DNA of 64,000 bases from Octopus vulgaris. Its lineage: Eukaryota. Positions 1 through 12,747 of this stretch are shown here, in pieces. Each line of letters starts with the position of its first letter. Position 1 is the stretch's first letter. The position numbers and the translations under genes are program-made. The notes below the pieces were generated by a model. The model was not told the DNA's origin and did no database searches. It saw only the letters and a list, made by a program, of their open reading frames with translations. The stretch spans positions 73,470,001 to 73,534,000 of the forward strand of contig OX597819.1 of assembly GCA_951406725.2 (NCBI GenBank), written 5' to 3'.

Positions 1-478
1 CACACACACACACATGTATATACTTACACATGATGGGCTTCGTTCAGTTTCCATCTTCCAAATCCACTCACAAGGCTTTGGTCAGCTTGAGGCTATAGTA
101 GAAGGCACCATGCAATGGGACTGAACCCAGAGCCTTGTGGTTTGGAAGCAAGTTTCTTACCACACAGCCACACCTCTGTTTATTTCACATTTTCTGGAGT
201 TTATTTTGTTGCCACCATGCAGCATAGAATGGCACATTCTGTGCTGTGCTCTGCTCTGTTGTGGTTCCACATCTTTAGTGTAGTAGATGAAGATTACATA
301 TTTTAAGATACCATCAAACCCCATACTTGACTGGTCCTTAATTTTACAAATGCTGAGAGGATGAAAGGGAGAGTTGACTTGGCAGAATTTGAACTCAGAA
401 CATAGAGGAAATGCTTTTTCTGTGTTTATTCTGATGCTCTGACGGTTCTACCAATCTACTGCCAATAATGATTATTTT

Positions 479-703
479 AAAGGTGGTGAGCTGGCAGAAT
501 CGTTATCATGCTGGGCAAAATGCTTAGCAGTATTTCGCCTGTCTTACGTTCTGAGTTCAAATTCCGCCGAGGTCGACTTTGCCTTTCATACTTTGGAGGT
601 GGGGGGGTCGATAAATTAAGTACCAGTTGCATACTGGGGTCAATATAATCGGCTGGCACCCTCCCCCAAAATTTCGGGCCTTGTGCCTAGAGTAGAAAAG
701 AAT
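479..703 (+). mobile_element. SINE family B (AAGGYGGYGAGCTGGCAGAA head), near full-length copy
   Basis: It has a B-box-like GAGTTCAAATTCC, an internal GTCGACTTTGCCTTTCAT...GTCGATAAATTAAGTACCAG block and an ATT/AAT-rich tail. It recurs at about 29908, 35035(-), 50618, 51726, 61572 and 62150(-). Confidence 0.85.
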
Positions 704-736
704 AATGATTATTTTAATGATGATGATAATGACGAC

Positions 737-942
737 GATCCTTTCTACCATAAGCACAAGGCCAGGAATTTTTGGGTAATGGGATGAGTCAATTACATTG
801 ACCCAGTACGCAACTGGTACTTATTTTATTGACGCTGAAAGGATGAAAGTCAATTAGTCTCAGTTGAATTTGAACTCAGAACGTAAAGAGCTAAAACAAA
901 TGTTGTTGAGTATTTTGCCCAGTGTGCTGCCAGCTCACTGCC

Positions 943-985
<43 letters not shown>

Positions 986-1500
986 TAATAATGGTTTCAA
1001 ATTTTGGCACAAAGCCAGCAATTTCATGGGAGCGTAACCCTGAAACGATGGAAAGCAAAATCGACCTTGGAGGAATTTGAACATTTTGCCTGGCATGTTA
1101 ACAATTCTGCCAGCTTGCTGCCTTAATAATAATAATAATGATAATGATAATCCTTTCTACTGGGAGCATAAGGCCTCACATTTGGGGAAGGGGGCTAGTC
1201 GATTACATCGACCCCTGTGCATAACTGGTACTTATTTCATCGACCCCAAAAGGATGAAAGACAAAGTCGATCTTGGCTGAATTTGAACTCAGAATGTAAA
1301 GACAGGCGAAATACTGCTAAAAATTTTGCCCGGCATGCTAACGATTCTGCCAATACACTGCCTTAAATAATAATAATAATAATAATAATGATGATGATAA
1401 TGATAATAATAATGATGATGATAATGATAATAATAATAATGATAATAATAATAATAATGATATAATGATAATAATAATAATAATAACAATAATATTGTTG
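737..1500 (-). mobile_element. Three tandem minus-strand SINE B copies separated by (TAA)n tracts
   Basis: Reverse complements of the 479-703 element lie at ~737-945, ~993-1125 and ~1148-1365, each abutting a TAA microsatellite. Confidence 0.8.
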
Positions 1501-2994
1501 CACATGTTTTTGTGTTTGGTTGTTTGTTCCTTTCAGCTTTATTGACAAAAAACAAGCAAAAAGAAAGGTTGCTGATGCATAAAACTACTTTTGTTGTTTT
1601 GCAAGTTTATATTCCTAATGAATGGCGGGTTAATCAAATTTGCATCCACCACCCTCTTGTTATTAAAATAATGATTTTCTTTGACTTGCCACAAAGCCAA
1701 TTTAGTGTGTGTGTGGGTGTAGTCAGGGGAAAGGATAGCCAATGGAATTGGCCCCCACCTCTTCCTTTTTCGCAGTGTGTTATTTCTACATATTTTATCG
1801 ACCATCCAACTAGGATGAAAGGCAAATATAGATCTTCGTTCTCCTTGCTGAAATTTTACTTCAAAACTCAGTAAAAGTGCTTACTGAAGTGTGTCGATCT
1901 TTTGAGAAAATATTTTAGATATCTATGCTTGGATAAAGATTTACATATGTGTGTATATGTATGTATCATCGTTGTCATCATTGCACATCCCTTTTCTATG
2001 CTGGCATGGGTTGGAGAGTTTGACAGGAGTTGGCAAGACTGGAGAGCTGCACCAAGGTCTACTGTCTGCTTTGGTATGGTTTCTGCAGTTGGATTGCCTT
2101 CCTAACACCAAATACTCTACAGAGTGTGGACTGGGTGATTTTCGTGTGATAGTTGTAAATGAGCAGCACTGTCATACAAGTGAGTTGTTCCTTTCCAATC
2201 TTCCATGAAAAACATGATTGGTCAAGGGGGAAATATTATCTTGCTTGAAAAAAGATAAAGGTTAGCAACAGGAAGGGCATCAAGCTATAGAAAATCTTAC
2301 CTCCAAGTCTGTTCGACCCATGCAAGCATGGTTAAGTGGACAAAATAATGATAATTGTGTGTGTGTGTGAAGAATACAAAGTAGAAAAGCATAGATTTCA
2401 TATAGTTCATACTTTGTGTAATTGTGCAATTAATGATGTTTATTGCTAATGAAACAGCTGTTGAGCATAATTAAATTTTGAACTCTTTTAAAAATGTGTG
2501 CTTTTCTATTAATTATGTTGCTGTAGAATTTTAGCCTCTTATATATATGCAAGACTTTTCCTCCTGGATTTACTGCAGTCTTATAATGTGTTGTAGCTTC
2601 ACTGAGTTCATACTCTTGATATATTTTTCAATGTTTGTGCATGTTGTACAGTGAAACTGTATGCTCCTGCCTGTGAAAAGTGGTAATAGCCAGTCATTAA
2701 ATATAGACTAGTAGCTGGTCGACGGGGAAGGTCAGGAATGTCGAGAGTACGTGTTGACTGTGTTGATAGTCATGTCTGTGCTGCTATAGTAATTATACTG
2801 TGATGCTGAGTGGATGTTTTGACGATCCAACCTTTTGAGGATAATAATACTGTACGTCTTGGGGTTGTACAGTGCCAGAAAGAAGCATTCTGTCGATGAC
2901 TTTGGAATATAACAATATCTGTCAAAGTGACAACTGTTGTCAAAAGACAGGCACAAAAGTGGCAAAAGACCGCTTTACAACAGTGCATCAATTC

Positions 2995-3330
2995 TCTCTC
3001 CCTCTGTGGTCGATGCCAGTGCTGCCTGACTGGCTTCTCATGTCAGTGGCATGTAAAAAGCACCATTGAAATGTGATTGGTACCAGTCCTTCCCCACCCC
3101 CCACAACTTGACTGACTCCCGTGCCAGTAACACGTAAAAAGCACCCACTACACTCTTGGAGTGGTTGGCGTTAGGAAGGGCATCCAGCTGTAGAAACCTT
3201 GCCAGATCAGATTGGAACCTGGTGCAGCCTCCTGGTCTACCTACCAGTCCCCAGTTAAACCGTCCATCCCATTCCAGCATGGAAAACGGACGTTAAGCGA
3301 TGACGATGACGACGGTGATGATGATGACTA
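2995..3330 (+). mobile_element. 3' end of RTE-type LINE with (GAT/GAC)n tail
   Basis: It contains GGAAGGGCATCCAGCTGTAGAAAC...CCAGCATGGAAAACGGACGTTAA followed by GAT repeats. The same 3' UTR follows RTE coding remnants at 5760-6625 and 41750-42490. Confidence 0.7.
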
Positions 3331-5169
3331 GCAGGGGTTGAACATATATTTATTATTGAGGCATCATTTTATGGCTGGATGCCCTTCCTGTTGCTAATCC
3401 TCAACTGTCACCAGTCAGTTAACTAATTCTGCTCCGCCCCTTAACATAAAAAGATTCATTTGATGCCAAGACATGAGTCAAACGCCACCAGCGGCTGAGC
3501 TTTCTGACATCAGATCCTGCAAGGCAGTCGTTTCGGAACATTTGGTTTAGATTACTGTCTTTTGAGCCTAAGAACTCATCTTCAGTACATCTTATCCTCC
3601 CTCCATTCTTCTGTATGGTTCAGTTTGCATGGCACTATCACATACATGAAGAATATTTTAGCAGCTTATAATATAAACACAACTCAAAAGCATTAAATTT
3701 TCAGTTTATTCAAAATATCTGGAACATTCTTACCCCGAGTAACGCTAATTGTGCCAACTCCCAAGAGACAGAATTTCTCGCATGCCCCCCCCCCCCCAAT
3801 AAACAGCTTGTTTTACTCTTCCTCCAACACAGTGTTATATTCATCACTGTCTAATTGCTAATTATCTAAACAGACAATAATTGATATTGGAACTTCGATC
3901 AATTGATTAACTAATTTGTTAGTTTTAGAGACTCCTCCTCATTATCACCTCACCATTTAATCTTTTACTTGTTTCAATTATTAGACTGCGGCCATGCTGG
4001 GGCGCCACCTTTAACAATGTTTTTAGCCGAATGACTTGACCTCACTACTTATTTCTTTTTAAAACGCCTGTACTTATTTTATCAGTCTTTTTTTACCAAA
4101 CCGCTAAGTTACAGAGACATAAATGCACACATACGAACATGTGTGTGTATACATACACACACATGCACCCTCAAGTAATATATGTACCTGCAATGTGTGC
4201 ACATTCTCTTAGCATATGCACCCTCACCTGATGCATGCAATCTTGAAATATGCAACTTCACACAGTATTCACCCTTATTTGACACAGGCACGTGCACTTA
4301 TATGCACTGACACATTTAATTGTGCATGCACACACCCTGTGCATGCATACACATGAACCCCCTCTGAATGTATGCACACACATGTCCATGTGCACATACA
4401 CCCATGCATGCATGCACACACCCATGCATGCATGCACACACCCATGCATGCATATCCCCCCCATTCTTCCTTAAACAATTATGTTAAAAAAATTTTAAAA
4501 TCCAGTCGAGTGAGTTGATAGGCTGACCTTCTAAATAAAGCAGATATTGAAGTAGTAGACAGACATGGCGGAGGTGTGTTGAAACCATTAGCCAAGAATA
4601 GGAAACAGGAAGTGTTTCTATGGAAGAGAAGTCTGTGTGGTGTGAGGTCATAGAAATAGCAAGAAAAACGGAAAAAAAAAAAAACCCATCTTTTATTTGC
4701 AATTTTCTAAAAGATAAAACCCAATCCAACAATAACAACAAAAAAGAAAAACAAGCAAAATCATTTGTTTTATAGAATTTATTGATGAGAAAAATATTTG
4801 TTTCACAAGATTCAATCAATCAATCAGTCAATCAATTAATCAATATTTAATTTAATTTCTGTGGTAGGCACTGTAGTAGAGTTGGAACTAAGCTAAATGG
4901 TAAGGTGAATTTGTGACCTAGTTTTGTTTTGGTTGATTCCAGGTTGAAAAGACTTTCCGTTGATGATGTTATGGCTAATGCTTGCAAGATGTCATCATTA
5001 CTGCATCTCATTTCCCATTCCGATGATACACCGTTACCATTTCCATGATCAGTAGCATCGTTGTTATTACCATCATCATCGTCTTTGTGTCATTATCATC
5101 ATGATGAACTTTGGTGTTCATTACCATCATTGTCATCCGTCATTACTACCATCATCATTGTTTTCGTGG

Positions 5170-5530
5170 TCATTTGATTGCGGCCATGCTGGAGCACCGC
5201 CTTTAGTCAAACAGATTGACACCAAGACTTATTCTTTGTAAGCCTAGATCTTATTCTATCAGTCTCTTTTGTGGAACTGCTAAGTTATGGGGGATGTAAG
5301 CACACCAACATCGGTTGTCAGGTGATGGCAGGGGAACAAACACAGACATACAAACACACACACACACATGATGGGTTTCTTTCAGTTTCTGTCTACCAAA
5401 TCTCACTGACAAAGCTTTAGTCAGCTCGAGGCTATAGTAGAAGCTACTTGCGCAAGGTGCCACGTAGTGGGACTGAGCCTGGAATCATGTGGTTGGGAAG
5501 CGAGCTTCTTACCACACGACCACTCCTTGT
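5170..5530 (-). mobile_element. SINE family A, full-length
   Basis: Reverse complement of the head (GTGGTAAG...GGYTCAGTCCCAC...ACCTTGGGCAAGT-like), internal (CA)n and tail GGTGCTCCAGCATGGCCGCA. Confidence 0.85.
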
Positions 5531-5759
5531 ATTCTTTTGTTCTTTAACTTTTTTCAGTCACTTGACTGTGGTCATGCTGGAGCACCACCTTTAATTGAAC
5601 AAATAGATCCCAGGACTTATTCTTTGTAAGCCTAGTACTTATTTTATCAGTCTCTTTTGCTGAACCACTAAGTTACGGGGACGTAAATATACCAACATTG
5701 GTTGCTGAGTGATGGTGGGGGGTGGGCACAAACCCAGACGCACAAATACATATATACAT

Positions 5760-6623
5760 ATCGTCATCATCATTATTTATCATCCGCTTTCTATGCTGGC
5801 ATGGGTTGGATGGTTTGACTGAGGATTGGCAAGCCAGAAGGCTACACCAGGCTCCAATCTGATCTGGCAAAGTTTCTACAGCTGGATGCCCTTCCTAGCA
5901 TCAACCACTCTAAGAGTGTAGCAGGTGCTTTTCTGTGCCACTGCACGGAGGCCAGTTAGGCAGTACTGGCATTAACCATGTTTGAATGGTGCTTTTTATG
6001 TGCCACCAGCATAAGAGCCAGTCAGGTGGCATTGGCAACGACCACTTCGAATGGTGCTTTTTACGTGCCACTGATACGGGAGCCAGTCTGGCAGCACTGG
6101 CATTGATCACGCTTGAATGGTGCTTTTTATGTGCCACCGGCATGGGTGCCAATCAAGTGGTACTGGTATCGGCCATGACAATGACTTCACTTGATTCAAC
6201 AGGTCTTTGTAAGTGCAGTTTATTGCCTGATGATGGAAGGGTACTTTTAAATGGCCTGGTTATGCTGCACTGGCGTAGGCCACAGTTACGGTCTCACTCG
6301 GCTTGCCAGGTCTTCTCAAACACAGCATATCTCCAAAGGTCTTGGTTGGTCACTTGTCATCGCCTTGGTGAGGCCCAACGTTTGAAGATCATGCTTCACC
6401 ACCTTATCCCATTTCTTCCTGGGTTTACCTCTTTCACAAGTTCCCTCTATTGCTAGGGTGTGACACTTTTTCACACAGCCGTCCTCATCTATATGCAACA
6501 CATGACCATACCAGCACAGACATCTCTCTTGCACACCGCATTTGATGCTTCTCATGTCCAACTTTTCTCTCAGGGCACTTACACTCTGTTTTATATGCAT
6601 ACTGACATCACACACCCAGCGGA

Positions 6624-6625
<2 letters not shown>
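5760..6625 (-). mobile_element. 5'-truncated degenerate RTE-clade LINE (ORF C-terminus and 3' UTR with internal repeats)
   Basis: The translation RCLCWYGHVLHIDEDGCVKKCHTLAIEGTCERGKPRKKWDKVVKHDL matches the W.GHV.R...G.R.RG.P.K.W pattern of RTE ORF C-termini. It ends in a GAT tail. Confidence 0.8.
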
Positions 6626-6661
<36 letters not shown>

Positions 6662-8559
6662 GATGGGCTTCTTTCAGTTTCCGTCTCCCAAATCCACTCA
6701 TAAGGCTTTGATCGGCCCAAGGATATAGTAGACGACACTTGCACAAGGTGTCACACAGTGGGGTTGAACCAGGAACCATGTGGTTGGGAAGCAAACTTCT
6801 TACCATGCAGCCACTCCATGTAGGATGATATTAATTTAAAATAATCACCTGACATAATATCAAAGACAAGAGTGCGTATACACGTGCGCACACACACGCA
6901 CACTTCTTTCAGTTTCTGTCTATGAAATCCACTCGAATCTTTGGTTGTCTCAGGTAAATAACAGACAACATTTGTTCAATGTGCTGTACAGTGGAATTGA
7001 ACCCAGAACCATATAGTTGGGAAGCCAACTCCTTAACCATATAGCCACACTTGCCTATACACTACACCTGCACCTATATTCCTTGAGAAATGTGAAAAGA
7101 CGCAAGCTGGAAAGCAGAGAGGCATTATCCAATCAATGTTGGAGGTTGAGGATTCATTGGAAACAGTGTGATGTGATGGTTGTTGTTGCTAGTCTTAACT
7201 CTGAAAGCAAATACTATCAATGAGTGATATCCAGACTAAATTGAAGAAGGCAAGCCACTGGATTTGGTTAAAAAGAGACAATGAGTGATGGCTAGAAGAA
7301 TATTGAGTGAAGTCTAGAAAACAGTTGATCTAACAAGCGAGGCCTCCTCAGTGAGGTGTGGGGTAGTTGGTGCACAATAATGCCATTGGGAGAAAAGCCC
7401 TTCAATGGCATGCATTCTCTCCTGATGACTCCATAAGCCTGCTAGTGTCCAGTATGTGGAGCTTTCAAACGGTACCACTTGCCTCTGCAAGTTACTTAGC
7501 TATAAATAATCACTATTTCTTTACTCTTCTGTTGTTACTTTTAGTAATAAGCTGGTGGATTCCCCAGGCAACTTTAAAATTTTTACTGCTGTGGACACCA
7601 CTCCTGGATTGAATGGCACTGCCTAGGTGTCGAAACCATAATGATAACTGTATGGGCAGCTGATGATGGGAATGTACATACATTACGCTTGTTTTGTAAA
7701 TTTCTTTTATTTTAATCTTGTTATTCTGGGTTGTCCCGTAGTCTTGTAAGGTGGAAAATGTTTGTGGGTTCAGGGTTTGTGGGTATCACTTACTTTGGTA
7801 TTGTTTGGTTTTTCTTCATAGGTAATCTTATTAGGCTTAGATATAGATGTGTATCTAATGAATGTATATATTGTATTTATTTATGTTTGAAAGTATGTAT
7901 GCACACACACATACACAGAGTACATAGAGTGATATTTAACATTGTTGATAAGCTTAAGATAGTTGGAAATAAATTGATGTTAATAGAAGGCGTATTGAAA
8001 TGATAGTGGTATGTATAATGATGGTAGCCAAGATTGATAGTAATGGTGGTGGTGGTGGGGTGCTGGAAGTGTCCTAATTAGTATAACCTACTAATACAAC
8101 ACACAGTCTGTCTGTGTGTCTGTGTGTTTCTCTTCTCCATAACTAGCTGTGCCAATTCAAGTGAAAAAGTGGCTAGCAAGTTCGGTTATTGATGGATGAG
8201 GGAGGGTGAGATAAGATGGTAGCAGGCTATAATTTGTTTCATCTACCTCATCTTAGATCTCTTAGTTGACTAGCATTTATGTGTGTGTGCGTGGGTGCGC
8301 ATGAGTGTGTGTATGTGTCTGTATGAATAGGTATTACTAGGTATCAATGTGTGTATTTTGAGGATATGTTGGCACATGTTTTCGTGTTAGTGCCTATGTA
8401 AAATAAGTGTGTGTATATCTAATAGCAGCGATCTGTAACTTCCTTTTACTTTAGATTTTCTTGATTACCAGATCAAATTTCCCAGTTCTAAGACTTAATA
8501 TATTTTCAATAAAAATAAAATAAATTACAACAAAAACAAAAACACAGGAAGTTGTTAGG

Positions 8560-8820
8560 TTATTATTATTATTATTATTATCATTGCCTTTGCACAGCTT
8601 CTAACGCTGGAGATGTACTACAGTGTCAGCTGTTCACTACCAGTGAACTAATGTAACACCTCTTATTTTTCAAGCACCTTCTGGAGTATTTGAGCGGTTC
8701 CAAGTAGTGCTGTTTTCTGCAAGTGCTCCACCCTTATTGCAGTCCCTATTTGTTCCATGTACTTGAGATTTTTACTCACTGTTCCCAGGGCTCCAACAAT
8801 TATTGGTACCACTACCACAC
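8560..8820 (-). mobile_element. 3' tip of RLE non-LTR retrotransposon (R4/Dong-like) within (TAA)n
   Basis: VVVVPIIVGALGTVSKNL...EHLQKTALLGTAQILQKVL is the typical RLE C-terminus. TAA repeats lie on both sides. Confidence 0.75.
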
Positions 8821-8846
8821 TTATTATTATTATTATCATTAGCATT

Positions 8847-9465
8847 AAGGTGGTGAGCTGGCAGAATTGTTAGCTCACTGGACAAAATGCTTAGCTGTAT
8901 TTCGCCTGTCACTCCAATCTGAGTTCAAATTTTGCTGATGTCAACTTTCATCCTTTTCATCATAATAATAATAATGAAATTATTGTATACAGTGCTCAGG
9001 TGCACCACAACTTGTCAGAAAGTGCGTATAGAGTATATGCAGTAATGTACAAATGTCTGGAAAGTGAACAATGTATGAGTCAGATACATGCTTGTGTGTG
9101 TATGGAGGGGAGAAAATCAGGTGTAGTGTTGGCGAATCTCAGAAAGCATGGAAGCATCATCATCATCATCATCACTAGCGTCACAGAGAAGCCAGGTCGT
9201 ACCTGTAATAAACCCAATTCTTAGATATGGATGGGTGCGTTCAACCGTGCGCGAGGCAGCGGGAACAGCAACACCCTTGATAGTGTGTGAGTGTAGGGAC
9301 GCCTAACCTGGACAGATCGGCCGAAAGTGTCAGCGATTGATGTTCAGATGGATGACCAAAGCACATGGTGGTCAATAAATTAAGTATCAGTTGAGTTCTG
9401 GGGTTTGATGTGATCAATTAGTTCCTTCCCCCAAAATTTCAAGCCTTGTGTCTATAGCAGAAAGG

Positions 9466-9497
<32 letters not shown>
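8847..9497 (+). mobile_element. SINE B interrupted by two minus-strand retroelement 3' tips (8959-9154 with ATT tail, 9155-9369 with GAT tail)
   Basis: SINE B breaks after TTTCATCCTTTTC (8958) and resumes at GGTCAATAAATTAAGTA (9370). Confidence 0.65.
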
Positions 9498-10277
9498 AGT
9501 AGTGAGCTGGCAGAATCACGTCCAGGCAAAATCGTACTGGTATTTTGTCTGTCTTTATGTTCTGAGTTCAGATCCTACTATGATAGACTTTGCCCTTCAT
9601 CCTTTTGGGGTCGACCACTGAGGCCCATGTAATCAACTAGCCACTCCCCCCAATTATTTCTTAGCTAACCATGACTGAATGTGGAGAATGTCTCAAGTTG
9701 TATAATCAAAACAAGAGTTGAAGCTAACCCTAACCTCTCACACCAGATAACATTCTGGTGGAAGAGCATCATTCTGTTTTCCTTTACTTTAGGAAAAAAA
9801 AAACCTAAAAGAACCTTGGGCCTTGCCTTGTGCCAAATTTTGTTGTAAATTAGGAGTGTTTTGAGATAATATTATCTGTGTATGTGTGTATGCTGTTCTC
9901 AAGTCTTATGATAATAATTGGTCACGAATCTATGGCTCATACCAAAGTCTGACTCCATCTGAATGAGTTGTTTTTATTTCTATATCACTTGACATATCAT
10001 GCTATCAGTTTCTGTCAAGTAGGAGTACCACTTTGTTACAGCTGCATCTTCTTCACAACCCCAACCTATCTTTCTCTCTCTCAAACCAGGCTTCTATTCT
10101 GCTAGAAGATAATAGCATGTGAAGATCCCACAAAACACAGTTACAAAATATCACAAGACCTGCTGCTGGTGGCTGGTGTTATTATTTCGTATTAGTGATA
10201 AGGATGAACTGTCATAACAAGCCTTTAGTTGATGTATCTCAGTGGCTCTCAATCCCCCTTTTTTTTTCAATCTACGG

Positions 10278-11083
10278 CAATACTCTGCAAAATTTTTTCA
10301 CTTGCAGTACACTTATATTCTTTTCAAAAGTGTACACTTGCAGTACACTTACAGTGGGAGGAAATAAATATCCGTACATGCCAAAATTCTTTATTTATTT
10401 AATTTCTAATGAACATAAATGGGATATACCAATACTATATTTGCATACACATGCATAAACTAAGAATATGCAAAATTATAGTAACTAATGAATTTATATA
10501 CAATTATAAATATTTAGTGACGTATATTTGCCATTTAAATATGGCTAAGCCCTAAGGGTGGATGCTACTGTAGTTTGTAGCCCCAGGAGGACACCTCCTC
10601 CAGCTGGCCATAGACACCCAGGAGGTGTCCTCCTGGGGCTACAAACTACAGTAGCATCCACCCTTAGGGGTTAACCATATTTAAATGGCAAATATACGTC
10701 ACAATGCGTTGTAGCTACTATTTATAACTCGCTCTGAGATTTATTATTGCTTATAAACATTTAGAGGTGCAAAAAGTATTCATACAGAACATAAATAACT
10801 GATAATTCTGATTTAATACTTCATAGCATAACCATTATTCAGTTCTACTTCAACCAATCTCTTCTTCTAGTTCTTAATGACTCGCATGTTTCTTTAGGAA
10901 TTTTTTCCCATTCTTCTCGACAATATTTATTTCCCCCCACTGTATATTCTTTTAAAAATTCGGCAGCACACCTGAACTAAAAATATAACAAAGTACAGGG
11001 AAAAAAATTATATTCAGGTTCCGCTGCAGCACACCTGGCATTGTCTTGCGGCACACCAGTTTGCCACTGGTTGTGGAGCACTG
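10278..11083. mobile_element. Second hAT-type element nested in the first
   Basis: Degenerate TIRs CAATACTCTGCAA and TTGTGGAGCACTG match at 9/13, and the mismatches are all transitions. The TSD is ATCTACGG (10270-10277) versus ATCTACAG (11084-11091). Confidence 0.65.
10517..10702. repeat. Long inverted repeat: 83-bp arms, 2 mismatches, 20-nt spacer
   Basis: 10517-10599 is the reverse complement of 10620-10702 except GGCTAAGC versus GGTTAACC. Confidence 0.97.
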
Positions 11084-11453
11084 ATCTACAGACCCTTTTC
11101 ATTATCATTTTTCTGGTGGACCCCCTTAGCCATTCAATGTTTAAAAACTAGTTTTAGAGATTCTTTTTTTCAAAATTCTTATTTTGTTTTTCAAGCATTA
11201 ACTTGTGCAGGTTAAACTCTGTAAATTTTTAGAGAAAGAAACTCGTTTCTAGCAATAAATACATTAAAATGAAAACTTTACATGGACACTTAAAATGCTT
11301 CTGTGGATCCCCAGTTTACTGTTTTGCTAGCGTGAGGCCCCCACCTCCAATCTTATAGTTGACCCTGGATGAGAACCACTGATGTATCTTCTGTGTAGAA
11401 GTGAGATGCTCTTTACCGTGTCAACATTACCAGAAATGGTAGAGCTCCCAGGT

Positions 11454-11671
11454 GAAGGCATGTGGCCCAGTGGTTAGGGTATGTTGGCTCATTGGTTGTA
11501 AGGTTGTGAGTTCAATTCCTGGTGGCACATTGTGTCTTTGAGCCAAACATTTAATTTCACATCTGTAAATCAAAGGGCCAGCCATGTCACACTCTGTGTT
11601 GTACTGATTCTCTCTGAGAACTACGTTAAGGGTTTGTGTGTCTGTGGAGTACTCAGCCACTTGCACGTTAA
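11454..11671 (+). mobile_element. SINE family C (tRNA-like head), truncated by SINE A
   Basis: It has an A-box-like TGGCCCAGTGG and a B-box-like GAGTTCAATTCC. The body is shared with 40218-40599(-). Confidence 0.7.
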
Positions 11672-11818
11672 TGTGTGGTGAATAGCTTGCTTACCAACCA
11701 CATGGTTCCAGGTTTAGTCCCACTGCGTGGCACTTTGGGCAAGTGTTTTCTACTATAGCGTCGGGCCGACCAAAGCCTTAACAGTGGATTTGGTAGACAG
11801 AAACTGAAAGAAGCCCCT

Positions 11819-11861
<43 letters not shown>

Positions 11862-12075
11862 GTGTGTGTGTGTATGTGTTTGCCCCCTCCCCCCACAATT
11901 GCTTGACAACTGATGCTGGTGTGTTTACATCCCTGTAACTTAGTGGTTCGGCAAAAGAGACCAATAGAACAAGTACTAGGCTTACAAAGAATAAGTCCTG
12001 GGGTTGATTTGCTCGACTAAAGCTGGTGCTCCAGCATGGCTGCAGTTAAATGACTGAAACAAGTAAAGAATAGAA
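11672..12075 (+). mobile_element. SINE family A, near full-length
   Basis: Head, CORE-like ACTTTGGGCAAGTG segment, internal (TA)(TG) tract and CR1-type tail are all present. Confidence 0.88.
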
Positions 12076-12668
12076 TAGGCTGTCCCATTGATTGGAGATC
12101 TATCTCTGTCGATCTATCTATCTATCTGTCACCTGTCTGTCTGTCTACCAAAGTAAACAGAGTTATTAATTACTTATGCACAATGAAAACGGTGACCTTT
12201 ACAAGTCAGTTTATGGGCAGTCTTCCCCCCACCCCTGTCACCGATCAGATTTTATGAATAACTCAGTAGTTTTAACCTGACGGGAATCTGTCTTGGATTA
12301 CTTCATTACACCTGATCCTCTCTCTGTTCATACTGACTGGTGGAAATGGCAGCCGACTTTGCCTTAAATCTACTGACTGAATAGCAATTGTTATATGGAG
12401 TCTATACAGTACCTTTTATAAACAGGATTAATTAGCTGTTTCTCTGAGAAAATGAATAGCTTTAATTGATTGGGTTCTCATCAGAGACCAATTCCCAAAA
12501 AACAATTAGCCAATCTGTTTATAGACTCAAGAAACCCTGTAGCTACAGAAGATTGGGGATACTAATTTGCATAAATATTAACCCTTGATTTTAAATATTA
12601 GGGACCAGCCAGCAGGGATCTCAGTCTACACAGCATCAAGGTATGGTATATATTTTTAACAAGGACAA

Positions 12669-12747
12669 TATTGATAGTGACTTCAAAGTTTTGGCAAGCT
12701 AAGCCAGGATGGCTTAGCTGGTCGAAACTTAGAAGTCGTTGCCAATA
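12669..12747. repeat. Imperfect palindrome, ~37-bp arms, 5-nt loop
   Basis: TATTGATAGTGACTTCAAAGTTTTGGCAAGCTAAGCC-AGGAT-GGCTTAGCTGGTCGAAACTTAGAAGTCGTTGCCAATA. Confidence 0.8.

Larger units (their letters stand above)
10240..11381. mobile_element. Non-autonomous hAT-type DNA transposon with perfect 8-bp TSD
   Basis: The TIRs are CAGTGGCTCTCAATCC and GGATGAGAACCACTG. ATGTATCT is duplicated at 10232-10239 and 11382-11389. Confidence 0.85.

Noticed and set aside
11454-11530. tRNA gene
   Set aside because: It is the tRNA-derived head of a SINE, with no complete cloverleaf, and it continues into a repeat body.
12532-12560. ACCCTGTAG, a miR-10-like seed
   Set aside because: The rest does not match miR-10 and there is no hairpin partner.
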